The notes under the pieces: model-generated | What the model was told of the DNA's origin: nothing | Databases searched by the model: none | Seen by the model: the letters and a program-made list of their open reading frames with translations, nothing else | Program-made: the position numbers and the translations under genes | NCBI GenBank assembly: GCA_029246985.1 | Contig: JAQWMC010000018.1 | Span: 1-59,050 of the forward strand | DNA: 59,050 nt | From: Pirellulales bacterium | GTDB taxonomy: Bacteria > Planctomycetota > Planctomycetia > Pirellulales > UBA1268 | Reading direction: 5' to 3' | Part shown: positions 37,299 through 47,276 of the stretch, piece after piece | Layout: each line of letters begins with the position of its first letter | Position numbering within the stretch: the first letter of the stretch is position 1

Positions 37299-39407
37299 TC
37301 AACGCGGTGCCCGACGTGTTCGTGGCTTTGCCCCAACCTTCTCTCGTGCCTTTGCGGGCCCTTCGCTAAATTTCTCTGATTGACCAGTTAGTTCGTAGAG
37401 AAAGCGGCTTGGCTTGCAGGGTTTGGCCTTCCCCCACTTCATTCGTGTCAGGGCAAGCGAAAGAATAAGTCGCTTGCGTGCCCGTGTCACTCCCACGTAA
37501 CAAAGTCGTCGTTCTTCGTCGATTGCGGAGAGGCCTTCATTCGCAGCTCGGATATGCGGCAAAAGATTCTCTTCTAGGCCAACCATCCAGACGCAGTCAA
37601 ACTCAAGCCCTTTGGCGGCATGAAGTGTCATGAGTTTGAGCGTATTTCCTTTTGGCTTATCGTCCTCAAAACGCTCGGCTTCCTGAACCTCGAGGATCAG
37701 GTCATCGAGATATCGTTGGACGACTGTGGCCGGGTCAGTGTTTCGGTTTTCTTTTTCGTGCCGAGCGAGCCCATTGACTATTTCCTCTACCGACAACCAA
37801 CGTGCTTCCTGCTCCCTCTGGTCCTCAAATTCTTTTTCAAGGTACTGTCGGTAATTTGCCTGATTAAGAACATGTTGGAGCGCCTCTGCCGCGGTTGTTC
37901 CACCTTGGGTATGCGCTGGCCCCAAGCCAATCAGCCTTTCAAGTTTGTTAACACCCGCAGATGCTGCGGATGACAGCTGTCCGGTCCTGCTGAGATCAAG
38001 AAGTGTTGACCAGAGGCTTTCTCCTGACTCGGTGGCCTTTTTGCGAGCTTTCTCCACTGCGTTATACGAAAGACCACGTGGTGGTACGTTGGCGATTCTT
38101 GAAAGTGCAAGGTCATCGGTTTGATCAACGAGAAGGCGAAGGAAAGACAGTACATCTTTGACCTCGCGCCGGTCGAAAAAAGAACGACTTCCAATAAGTT
38201 CATAAGGAATATTGCGGTGGCGCAATTCAGTCTCAAAAACGCGAGTCTGTTCACCAGTTCGAACAAGAATAGCCATTTCGTTTTGTGGTGCGTACCGTTC
38301 TCTCAGCAATCCTTCCACATCTGCAGTAACACGCCGGGCTTCATCAACTTCGTCTTGGGCTTGCACGATGCTTGGCTTCAGTCCAGATGGCACTTTGGAC
38401 ACAAGGGTTTTGTCATGGCGACGTGAATTACGCTCAATGAGTTTATTGGCAGCTTCAATGATCTCGGGCGTCGATCGATAGTTCTCCTCAAGCCGTACAA
38501 CAGTAGCCCCTGGCCATCGTGTCGGAAAATCAAGGATATGAGAGATCTGTGCCCCCCGCCATGCATAGATCGATTGGTCGTCATCACCAACGACGCAAAG
38601 GCTTCTATGGTCACGGGCGAGGGCGGAAAGGATGCGTTCCTGAATGCCACTCGTATCCTGATACTCATCAACCAGAACATGATCGAAGCGTTGTGCTTCT
38701 TGCTGACGAATTTTTTCATGTTGATCAAACAGTTGGTCAACAACGAGAAGCAAGTCATCAAAGTCAACGGCACCAACACTGTGCATGAGCCGTTGATATC
38801 GTTGATATCCTGCAGCCGCGAGATCCCACGAATCATCCGCATCAGAAGAAAGCGTGTCGAAAACCTCATCGGCTCGAACACCTCGGCTTTTCCACTGACT
38901 AATTCGGGCAAGAAGGTCAGCCGGTCGTAGTGTCGCCTCGGCTACTTTCAATTCTTTGAGTACACGACGAGCAGTGGTTTCCTGTTCACCTCGGTCAACG
39001 ATGACAAACCGTGTTGGGTAGCCGGCATGTTCTGCATGACGACGAAGGATGCGGACACAGAGGGAATGGATTGTCGAAATCTCAGGTTTGTGATCCGGTA
39101 CGTTGTCTTTCGATGAGGCCCGTGACGTTCGCTTTTTCTTGAATTTTCCACCAATGCGAAGCACCATTTCACGAGCTGCTTTATTGGTGAAGGTCACAGC
39201 AAGAATTCGTTCCGGCGGTGTTCCCTGTTGGACAAGGTGAAGTATTCGGGCGATGACGACGCGTGTTTTGCCTGTTCCTGCGCCAGCGAGGACAAGAAGA
39301 GGCCCCGCAGGAGCCAAAACAGCGTCCATTTGAGCGGGATTAAGGCCTCGATGCGGATCTGGTCGGCGATTCACGTGTGTTTGTTTTGTGGGCAAGGTTG
39401 TCGGCAT
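37299..39407 (-). CDS. ATP-dependent DNA helicase, UvrD/PcrA/Rep family (SF1)
   Basis: AGAGTGKT, DEYQDT, VGDDDQSIYAWRGA, LEENYRS, TLHAAKGLEF and YVGVTRAR. Confidence 0.92.
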   Translation of the reverse strand: MPTTLPTKQTHVNRRPDPHRGLNPAQMDAVLAPAGPLLVLAGAGTGKTRVVIARILHLVQQGTPPERILAVTFTNKAAREMVLRIGGKFKKKRTSRASSKDNVPDHKPEISTIHSLCVRILRRHAEHAGYPTRFVIVDRGEQETTARRVLKELKVAEATLRPADLLARISQWKSRGVRADEVFDTLSSDADDSWDLAAAGYQRYQRLMHSVGAVDFDDLLLVVDQLFDQHEKIRQQEAQRFDHVLVDEYQDTSGIQERILSALARDHRSLCVVGDDDQSIYAWRGAQISHILDFPTRWPGATVVRLEENYRSTPEIIEAANKLIERNSRRHDKTLVSKVPSGLKPSIVQAQDEVDEARRVTADVEGLLRERYAPQNEMAILVRTGEQTRVFETELRHRNIPYELIGSRSFFDRREVKDVLSFLRLLVDQTDDLALSRIANVPPRGLSYNAVEKARKKATESGESLWSTLLDLSRTGQLSSAASAGVNKLERLIGLGPAHTQGGTTAAEALQHVLNQANYRQYLEKEFEDQREQEARWLSVEEIVNGLARHEKENRNTDPATVVQRYLDDLILEVQEAERFEDDKPKGNTLKLMTLHAAKGLEFDCVWMVGLEENLLPHIRAANEGLSAIDEERRLCYVGVTRARKRLILSLALTRMKWGKAKPCKPSRFLYELTGQSEKFSEGPAKAREKVGAKPRTRRAPR

Positions 39408-39530
39408 GGCAGGACTTTACCACACTGCTGGTGTCACCTTGACGCTCCGCCTCAAGAAGCGTCTATTTGGCGATAAATAATTGGTTTGCGTGAATACCGA
39501 GCGACGGTAGATGCAGTCAAGACTACATGA

Positions 39531-40331
39531 ATGGAGTATGAGATGAAGTCGGAACGTCGGCACGAACTGCGGGAAAATGACCTTGCCGATAGTGTTGAGC
39601 AGCTTTCTGAACGTTTACGTCCTTACGTAACGCCGATTCTATCTGTCGCGATCGGAGCTCTTGTTCTGGTGTTAGTCAGTCTTTTCGTTTCCTCGCGATG
39701 GGAGGCGACCCGCTCTGAAAGCTGGGATACGTGTCTGTCTGCACTGGTAACCGGTGATCAGGAAGGGTTTCGGGAGGTTATTCTCCGTTATCCAGGCACT
39801 CCTGCAGCACAGTGGTCTGAACTCATTTTGGCAGATAGAAATTTATCCGAGGCCACAGATCTCCTTTTCGCAAAAATGGATCCTGCAAATGACGTAGCTC
39901 GAGAACGCCTTGAGATGGCAGCTGCAGCCTATGCAGATGTTTTATCACAGCGACCAACCGATATGGTTGCAGAGCGCGCAACGATGGGCCTGGCAAAAGC
40001 CAGAGAAAGCCTTGGAGATTTGGATCAAGCTCGTCGTGGTTATGAGGCTGTTGCGAATGAATTCCCTACAAGCCCCATGGCAAATCTTGCTACGGAGCAT
40101 GCGGCAGACCTTGCCCAGGATAAAACGAAAGGTTTTTACAATTGGTTTGCCGAGCAACGACTAGCTAATGCGGCACCGGAAGAATCGAGTGCTTCGAAAG
40201 AAGATACATCGAGTGATGCAGGACAGCAGCAGGGCGAACCAAAGAAGGAAAAAGGAAACACCAACAAAAAATCGAATCAGGAAAAAGAAGCAGAACCATC
40301 AACTGCTCCTGAAAGTACACCAGAGGAGTGA
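39531..40331 (+). CDS. Membrane-anchored TPR-like protein with a low-complexity K/E-rich C-terminus
   Basis: One TM segment (ILSVAIGALVLVLVSLFV), a helical-repeat-like middle and an SSDAGQQQGEPKKEKGNTNKKSNQEKEAE tail. No catalytic motif is seen. Confidence 0.55.
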   Translation: MEYEMKSERRHELRENDLADSVEQLSERLRPYVTPILSVAIGALVLVLVSLFVSSRWEATRSESWDTCLSALVTGDQEGFREVILRYPGTPAAQWSELILADRNLSEATDLLFAKMDPANDVARERLEMAAAAYADVLSQRPTDMVAERATMGLAKARESLGDLDQARRGYEAVANEFPTSPMANLATEHAADLAQDKTKGFYNWFAEQRLANAAPEESSASKEDTSSDAGQQQGEPKKEKGNTNKKSNQEKEAEPSTAPESTPEE

Positions 40332-40358
40332 CCACTGGATACCGACCTGACAGACGCG

Positions 40359-41369
40359 ATGCTCAATCCGGGTGATGAAGTATCTTTCTCTGCCGATAAT
40401 GCAGTGGTTGGTGTTCGGCTCGATCAGGTGCTCAGTCAGCGTTTTCGTGCATATAGTCGTTCGTACCTCTCACGGGCAATTGAACGCGGTGCAGTACGCG
40501 TCGATGGTGTGACAGCAAAAGCATCTCTCAAGCTAAAAGAAGGGTCGGTCGTTTGTTTCACTGTCCCAGAGCCTCCCCGCAGTGGTCCTGAAGCAGAGGA
40601 GATGCCGCTTGAGTTTCTGTTTATTGATGAGGTGATGGCTGTTGTTAATAAACCATCCGGCATGGTGGTACACCCAGCCAAGGGAAACTGGAAAGGAACG
40701 CTCGCTGGTGGGTTGAAATGGCATCTTGAACGTCGCGTTTCGGAAGTCGTAGATCGGGAAGGTCTTTCGCAGGCCGGTGGCCCAACGCGTCCTGGAATCG
40801 TCCATCGTCTCGACAGAGATACGAGCGGTGTCATTGTTGTTGCCCGAAATGATGTGTCACATCAAATGCTTGCGAAACAGTTTGAAAAGCGGACAGTACA
40901 AAAGACTTATCTTGCGATTACACAGGGACAGCCAGAGTTTGACCAGGATGAAATCCGCTTGTCTATCGGCGCACATCCGTATCAAAGGGAAAAAATGGCT
41001 GTTCGGAGTAGCCATTCAACCAGTCGAGATGCAGTAACACGATTTGAGGTTCTCGAACGATTCAAGGGTGCTGCACTTGTTAAGGTTCTTCCAAAAACCG
41101 GCCGAACACACCAGATCCGTGTGCACCTCGCGGCCATTGGTTGTCCTGTGCTTGCCGACGCCCTCTACAGCGGACGGTCTTCGATCGAACCGAAATTCTT
41201 TGGTGGACCAAAGAACAGTCCCGCGATTCTCAGTCGTCAGGCGCTGCATGCGGAATCAATAACACTCGATCATCCTGCAACAGGGGAGCGAGTGACATTC
41301 TCTTCACCACTTCCATCCGACATTCAGGGTGTGCTGGATGGGCTCCGGAAGTATGCGTCAGTGTCATGA
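40359..41369 (+). CDS. rluD: RluA-family 23S rRNA pseudouridine synthase (RluD-like)
   Basis: N-terminal S4-like region (RLDQVLS), catalytic HRLDRDTSG, and KTGRTHQIRVH. Confidence 0.85.
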   Translation: MLNPGDEVSFSADNAVVGVRLDQVLSQRFRAYSRSYLSRAIERGAVRVDGVTAKASLKLKEGSVVCFTVPEPPRSGPEAEEMPLEFLFIDEVMAVVNKPSGMVVHPAKGNWKGTLAGGLKWHLERRVSEVVDREGLSQAGGPTRPGIVHRLDRDTSGVIVVARNDVSHQMLAKQFEKRTVQKTYLAITQGQPEFDQDEIRLSIGAHPYQREKMAVRSSHSTSRDAVTRFEVLERFKGAALVKVLPKTGRTHQIRVHLAAIGCPVLADALYSGRSSIEPKFFGGPKNSPAILSRQALHAESITLDHPATGERVTFSSPLPSDIQGVLDGLRKYASVS

Positions 41370-41390
41370 CGACCGACATCCGGAACTCAT

Positions 41391-43169
41391 TCAGGGCGTT
41401 ATCGACGCGTCAAAATCAGAGGGTAGCGGTACATCTGTGACCGTGCCCCGATTGCCTGCGGCAGTGTGCTCACTAAAAAAGAGTGGGAAATATAGCGTGA
41501 AGCACGTTCCATGAGTGGCGGTACTTTCAACAGAGATATCACCACCATGTTCTCGTAGGATTTTTTGACTCACGGTGAGTCCTAGCCCGGTTCCCTTTGC
41601 ACCTTTCGTTGATACGAAAAGATTAAATATGTCTGGCAACGTTTCCGCTGGTATGCCCGGTCCGTTATCGGTAACACGAACCCGGACAATCTCACATTTC
41701 TCGTCAATTTCAGTCGTGATATCGACTGTTCCGTCAGACTGTTCTTCGACAGCGTCAATGGCATTGGTTACAACATTCAGAATGGCTCGCGAGAGGGCTT
41801 CTGTGTCGCAGAGAAGAACAGGGAAGTTGTCTGGTGTTTGACAGCGCACAGAGATACCACCGTCTTCTGCTCGCTGCTTCACTGTTTCGACTATATCAGC
41901 AAGCATCGCAGGGATATCTGACGGACTTGGATCAGGTTTTCGGTCTTTGCTGAATGAAAGCATATCCATAACAAGAGAAGAAATCTTATGCTGATTTCGA
42001 CGCACAATCCCCCAGCCTTTGTCAGTTATGCCGAGGTCGTTTTTGTCTAGGCCCATCTCGACGAGATAGCTCCCACCATGAATTCCTTGAAGAATATTTT
42101 TAATGTGATGAGAAAGTGTTGCAATTGTCTGCCCGACCGCGGCCAGTCGTTCTGACTGAACCATTGCCGAATAATATGTTGTGTCTTCAACGGCAAGTGC
42201 CGCCTGATGACCAATAGCAACCATGAGTTTCAAATGTTCATCACTAAATCGCTGACCCCCTGCTGCCATCACCTCACCTAATGGGGTAAGTGTGTCGACG
42301 TAAAGAACACCGATTTGGCCGTACCGGCCTTGCATCGGAACGCAGATGGCTTCGTGAACACCAGTTCGCAAGACACTTTGTCCAGAACGAAAGCGATCGT
42401 CTCCTTGAGCATTGCTTGTAAGGACGCCTTCGTGACGTTCGAGGACGTAGTCAAGAATAGTGCGACTGATGGTCATCGATGATTTTGTGCCAGCCTCGCG
42501 ATCTCGACGCGCTTTGGTGATGAGTTGGCCGGTTTCTTTTTCTCGCAACATTATGCAGCCTCGGTCGGCCTCTACCCAATCAAAAACAAGGTGGAGTATT
42601 CTGTCGAGGAGGTCATCAATATCAAGTGTGTGGCTTGCTGCAAGTGCAGTTCGATACATCACGTCAAGGTTGTTTTGAGCCTGAACAAGCCAGTGATTTT
42701 GCGTGTCATCTTGGGGGAGCGGCGGAAGGTTTGGCCCCAATGTATCTGGAACCACAGCGATAATTCGTGACCCGTCATCACCAGATTCTGTTCCAACAAT
42801 TTCGACGTTGGCAGATGCAAGGTTTCCACTCTCACCCTGGGAATAAAGGAAAAGCGTGCGTCCAATCTGGATGCGGTCCCCGGATTTTAGTTCTGCCTCA
42901 GAAATACGGTCATTATTCAGAAATGTTCCGTTTGAGCTGTCGAGATCGGTCAGAAAAAACGTGTCGTTGCGTTTTCGGATTTCTGCATGCCTGCGAGAGG
43001 CCTCATGATCCTCAACGGCAATGTCGTTACCTTTTTCACGACCAATACCAATCACTTGCTCGTTGCTGCTGGAAATGAGCTGAGTAAGGTCAAAATGACT
43101 TCCTTGGCTATTGCCTTGACTAACGTAAAGCGAGGGCACGAGTTGTCTCCCAAATTGTTCTATGATCAC
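41391..43169 (-). CDS. FHA-GAF-HisKA-HATPase sensor histidine kinase (cytoplasmic)
   Basis: The N-terminal FHA pattern is GREKGNDIAVEDHEASRRHAEI...LTDLDSSNGTFLN. A central GAF-like region follows, then the H-box LSHHIKN, N-box VVTNAIDA, and DNGPGI and GTGLGL. No TM segment is seen. Confidence 0.85.
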   Translation of the reverse strand: MIIEQFGRQLVPSLYVSQGNSQGSHFDLTQLISSSNEQVIGIGREKGNDIAVEDHEASRRHAEIRKRNDTFFLTDLDSSNGTFLNNDRISEAELKSGDRIQIGRTLFLYSQGESGNLASANVEIVGTESGDDGSRIIAVVPDTLGPNLPPLPQDDTQNHWLVQAQNNLDVMYRTALAASHTLDIDDLLDRILHLVFDWVEADRGCIMLREKETGQLITKARRDREAGTKSSMTISRTILDYVLERHEGVLTSNAQGDDRFRSGQSVLRTGVHEAICVPMQGRYGQIGVLYVDTLTPLGEVMAAGGQRFSDEHLKLMVAIGHQAALAVEDTTYYSAMVQSERLAAVGQTIATLSHHIKNILQGIHGGSYLVEMGLDKNDLGITDKGWGIVRRNQHKISSLVMDMLSFSKDRKPDPSPSDIPAMLADIVETVKQRAEDGGISVRCQTPDNFPVLLCDTEALSRAILNVVTNAIDAVEEQSDGTVDITTEIDEKCEIVRVRVTDNGPGIPAETLPDIFNLFVSTKGAKGTGLGLTVSQKILREHGGDISVESTATHGTCFTLYFPLFFSEHTAAGNRGTVTDVPLPSDFDASITP

Positions 43170-43459
43170 GTCCCCGGCAACTTCATTCTAGCATACGCCG
43201 ATAAAGTTGGCTTGATATGGATAGGACTTCCCTCATAAAAGACTCAACGGTATCTCTTCCCACTGCTAAAATGTTTCTGTGGATTTATGAACTGGCCGAT
43301 TTACTGCCGCAACGGAGAATCGCAATGAGCCTGCCAATGGTGCTGATGAGGGGTATTCGTGCTGTATTCCAGGGAAAGACCAGACATTACTACAAGTTGT
43401 TTTCAGCACGCGATCCTTCTACTGCTTACACTGACCCGCTCAGGACATCTTCTTTCGCC

Positions 43460-45361
43460 ATGAATCATCGGTGGCTGATGTTTCGTTTTTCTGAGCAAAA
43501 TGAATCTCGTCTGTGTGGGTATGCGATTGCGATCTGTTTCCTGTCTGTAAGCTTTTTATGGGCGGAGTCCCCACAGGATCAACCCGACAACGCTCTGGAA
43601 AAGCGTTTGCGGGCTGACGTGACCTGGCTCGCAGCGCCAGAACGAGAAGGCCGTGGCCCCGGTACAAAAGGAATACGCGATGCATCTACTTGGATCAGTC
43701 GGCAGTTCGATGAGATAGGGCTCGATTCAATCGACGGTGTGCGAGAGCAGTCGTTTGTGATGACACTCGAGGCCACTTTGCCAAAGAAGCAAGCGAATCA
43801 TGCCGAGATTGTGAAGGTGGCAGAGGATGGGCGCCAGGAAGTCTCGTTACCACTGAAATTGGGAGAAACGTTTACGCCACTGGCAGTTGGCGGGAGTGGA
43901 GTATTTGATTTGCCTTTAGTGTTTGCTGGTTATGGAATCACGGCACCAAAACAAGAATACGACGACTATGAGCCGCTCGGCAAAAGTGCTGCGTCCAAAG
44001 CAGTGGTTGTCCTGCGGCAGGAGCCTCAGAAGGAAAACCCCCACAGTGTTTTTAATGGAAATCAAGCCACGCAGCACGCCGCCTTAGTTCGAAAGATTGC
44101 AAATGCATCAGAGCACGAGGCGGGTGCGGTTGTCTTTTGTAACGATGCGTCTGCCACCGAGCCAGATGCCCTGATGGACTTTCGTCGTGCTGGAGGTGGT
44201 GAGAATGGCCGTTCGATGCCGGTGCTTCAAGTCAGCAGAACTGTTGTAGCAGATGTGATTAAGCGAGCCACTGGTGTGCCGGTTGCAACCCTTGAGGCTG
44301 AGATCGATCGCACACTTGAGCCGAAGAGTCAGATGCTTGCCGGATGGCGGATAAAAGGAGAGGTGACAATTCAGCGGCAGCAGACAGATGCTGAAAATAT
44401 TGTCGGCGTGATTCCGGGTATTGGTTTCGCTGACGGTGAAATTGGTGGACCAGATGTGGTTGTTCTCGGCGCCCATTATGATCATTTGGGATACGGAGAT
44501 AGTAATTCACTCGCACCGGGTACGCGGGCGATACATCACGGCGCCGATGATAACGCAAGTGGTACGGCAACACTGTTAGAGGTGGCGAGGCAACTGCAGG
44601 CAGAAGGTCCTTTCCCGAGAACAATTGTATTTATCGCGTTTGCTGGCGAAGAACGAGGCCTCCTCGGAAGCGGGTATTATGCCGCCAACCCTCTGCTGCC
44701 GCTGGAGCGAACTGCCGCGATGGTCAACCTAGACATGGTTGGACGGCTTGTTGATGACAAGGTGATTGTTCATGGTACAGGTACAGGTACAGGTTTTGAT
44801 ACCCTTGTAGATACGTTTACGTCTCAAGCAGGTTTCGGTGTCGCCAAAGAGCCAGGCGGTTTTGGCCCAAGTGATCACTCAAGCTTTTACGCCCGGAAGA
44901 TTCCAGTCCTTCATCTCTTTACGGGTTCTCACACAGACTATCACCGTCCAACCGACACGGCTGATAAAGTGAATTACGCCGGGATGGCAAGAATCAGTCT
45001 TCTGGTGGCCAACGTTGTTCGCGAGTTGGCGACGGCAATCGAACCTCCTGCTTATCTTGAAGTCGCGAGCAAGCCTTTCATGGGAGGCGGTGGTGACCGT
45101 CCTTACTTTGGCAGCATTCCTGATTTTGCAAAGCCGGGTGGCGGCTATGCCATTACAGGGGTCTCGAAAAAGTCGCCTGCTGCCGAAGCAGGCCTCGAAG
45201 GTGGTGATGTCATTGTGCGATTGGGCGAAAGCGCGATTGCGGGGCTCGAAGATTTTGATAGCGCTCTTCGTAAACACAAGGCAGGAGAGACGGTTCCTGT
45301 GGTTGTTCGCCGAGATGGTAACGATGTTACGCTCCAGGTTACGCTCGGTGACCCTCGCTGA
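43460..45361 (+). CDS. Secreted M28-family aminopeptidase with a C-terminal PDZ domain
   Basis: The M28 motifs are HYDHLG, GADDNASGT, GEERGLLGS, NLDMVG and DHSSF. The C-terminal PDZ-like segment is GVSKKSPAAEAGLEGGDVIVRLG. The signal-like N-terminus starts at ATG 43460; the ORF is open back to 43217. Confidence 0.85.
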   Translation: MNHRWLMFRFSEQNESRLCGYAIAICFLSVSFLWAESPQDQPDNALEKRLRADVTWLAAPEREGRGPGTKGIRDASTWISRQFDEIGLDSIDGVREQSFVMTLEATLPKKQANHAEIVKVAEDGRQEVSLPLKLGETFTPLAVGGSGVFDLPLVFAGYGITAPKQEYDDYEPLGKSAASKAVVVLRQEPQKENPHSVFNGNQATQHAALVRKIANASEHEAGAVVFCNDASATEPDALMDFRRAGGGENGRSMPVLQVSRTVVADVIKRATGVPVATLEAEIDRTLEPKSQMLAGWRIKGEVTIQRQQTDAENIVGVIPGIGFADGEIGGPDVVVLGAHYDHLGYGDSNSLAPGTRAIHHGADDNASGTATLLEVARQLQAEGPFPRTIVFIAFAGEERGLLGSGYYAANPLLPLERTAAMVNLDMVGRLVDDKVIVHGTGTGTGFDTLVDTFTSQAGFGVAKEPGGFGPSDHSSFYARKIPVLHLFTGSHTDYHRPTDTADKVNYAGMARISLLVANVVRELATAIEPPAYLEVASKPFMGGGGDRPYFGSIPDFAKPGGGYAITGVSKKSPAAEAGLEGGDVIVRLGESAIAGLEDFDSALRKHKAGETVPVVVRRDGNDVTLQVTLGDPR

Positions 45362-45511
45362 CTGCCCTTTTTTCAGGCTTTGAATTGATCTTGAGCCGCT
45401 TTGCCATGCCTGCCACTATCCCTCCATCGTTCGGGAATATTTATTCTCGCGAACGTGCCGGAAAGGCGTCCGGTGACGGCGATTTTCTCGTGACAATTAC
45501 GTACGCAAGGA

Positions 45512-46153
45512 GTGCATCTCGTGAAGCGACATTTGGCTATTCATGGAAGCTTAATCGGCCTGTTTGTCGGCATGATTATGAGTCTTCCCATACACACTGT
45601 TCAGGCTCAAACCACAAATCGTCCCCCAGCGACTCATCAAGCCGTTATTGATGTTGGCTACATTTTCAAAAACCATGCTCACTTCAAGTCATTGATGGAT
45701 AAGATGCGGGATGAGGTGATGGCAGCCGAAAACGGTCTTAAAGCGGAACGGGACCGTATCAATGGGCTCGTTGAGCAGTTGAAGGGTTTTAATCCAGGTA
45801 CGCCCGAATATAAGAAACTTGAAGCAGAGGTTGCTAAGGCTCAAGGTGAATTCAACGTGAATGCTCAGCTTCAGAAGAAAGACTTCATGGATCGTGAGGC
45901 ATCGGTTTATCATGAGGTCTTTGGTGAAATTGAGCTGGCAGTTGCGAAATTTTCTCAGGAGCACGGCATTGCAGTTGTGCACCGGTTCGATGGTGACTCT
46001 GTGGATTCAGTAAATCGGGAGCAGGTGCTTCGCGGGATCACCAAGGCGCTTGTCTACTACGACAAGACAATCGATATCACGCCGGATGTCTTGCGGATGT
46101 TGAATGCGGGTTCAGTGGCAAGTGCTCCTGGTCAACAGCCTGTGAGCCGTTAA
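45512..46153 (+). CDS. skp: OmpH/Skp-family periplasmic chaperone
   Basis: Signal peptide ending TVQA-Q, a coiled-coil-rich body (VFKNHAHFKSLMDKMRDE..., QLQKKDFMDRE), and a position upstream of lpxC. Confidence 0.75.
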   Translation: MHLVKRHLAIHGSLIGLFVGMIMSLPIHTVQAQTTNRPPATHQAVIDVGYIFKNHAHFKSLMDKMRDEVMAAENGLKAERDRINGLVEQLKGFNPGTPEYKKLEAEVAKAQGEFNVNAQLQKKDFMDREASVYHEVFGEIELAVAKFSQEHGIAVVHRFDGDSVDSVNREQVLRGITKALVYYDKTIDITPDVLRMLNAGSVASAPGQQPVSR

Positions 46154-46339
46154 TACGTATTGTCAGTATGGAGCGCAGCGGTGGCTCTCAGTGAGTCCCT
46201 CTGCTTCTCCTGCTGGATCAAGGGATTGTTTGGGATTCAACAGGCTTATCCCTGACAGTCAAGCTGGTTCATCGCTCGCTATGGGGCGGGTTGCTATTTT
46301 GGAAGCTGCAATAGGGCCGCCTTCACGGGTAATCACGCG

Positions 46340-47227
46340 GTGGAAAAGCAAGTGAACTGTCGACCGCAACAAACCCTTTGTCGTCCAGTGCAAGTAGTCG
46401 GAAGAGGCTACTGGAGTGGCGTTGAGAATCGCGTCGAATTACGACCCGGTTTAGCCGATTCAGGAATCCGTTTTGTCCGTGAAGATCTTGATGGAGCCTG
46501 TGTTCCAGTTTCTCTCAAGAATCGTATTGAGGCAACAAAACGAACCAATCTCCAAGCGGGAAACGCGACCGTTGAGATGGTTGAACATGTGCTCAGCGCG
46601 CTTGCGGCTCTTGGTGTTGATTGCTGTGAAATCAGCCTTACGGCAGCTGAGTTGCCTGGTCTCGACGGATCTGCGGATGCGTATGTTGATGCCATTGATC
46701 GGGCGGGTATTAAGCCTCTCAATGGCACGGCAACAAATCCACTTGTCGTTCAGTCGCCGATGACAATCGAAGCTGCAGCTGGTGATGCGGTGATCGAAGT
46801 CGCTCCACCAACAACAGCGGGCCTACGAGTACATTATTCAGTGGAATATCCGGGCTCACCAATACCGGCCCAGCAGTATGAGGTTGTGGTATCACCAACT
46901 TGTTATCGAGAAGAGGTTGCGGCCGCTCGAACATTTTTGTTGGAAGAAGAAGCCCGCAAGTTACAGGAAGAGGGTGTGGGCCTGACCGTCACTACTCAGG
47001 ATCTCATAGTTTTTGGTGAGAATGGCCCGCTCGAGAACGAATTGCGATGGCCGAATGAATGCGCGCGTCATAAGGTTCTGGATATCATTGGCGACTTGTT
47101 TCTAGCAGGGAGGCCTTTTTATGGTGACATTGTTGCGCGCAGAAGTGGTCATCGTTTAAACGCAGAGGTTTTGGCTGCAGTTTTGGAAGCAGAGATCCGG
47201 ATGTCGGGAATGTCTGGAAGCATGTGA
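46340..47227 (+). CDS. lpxC: UDP-3-O-acyl-N-acetylglucosamine deacetylase
   Basis: VEHVLSAL (E78/H79 equivalents), PGLDGSA, ARTF, RHKVLDIIGDL (H238/D242 equivalents) and RSGHRLN. GTG start. Confidence 0.9.
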   Translation: MEKQVNCRPQQTLCRPVQVVGRGYWSGVENRVELRPGLADSGIRFVREDLDGACVPVSLKNRIEATKRTNLQAGNATVEMVEHVLSALAALGVDCCEISLTAAELPGLDGSADAYVDAIDRAGIKPLNGTATNPLVVQSPMTIEAAAGDAVIEVAPPTTAGLRVHYSVEYPGSPIPAQQYEVVVSPTCYREEVAAARTFLLEEEARKLQEEGVGLTVTTQDLIVFGENGPLENELRWPNECARHKVLDIIGDLFLAGRPFYGDIVARRSGHRLNAEVLAAVLEAEIRMSGMSGSM

Positions 47228-47276
47228 TGAAACATTTGTGTTGGGTGGTGCCACCACCACTGCAAGGAGGCAGGAA

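Noticed and set aside
44774-44794. (GGTACA)3 microsatellite encoding GTGTGTG inside the M28 peptidase gene
   Set aside because: It has only three units and is in frame, so slippage would add or remove Gly-Thr pairs. It is too short to argue for phase variation.
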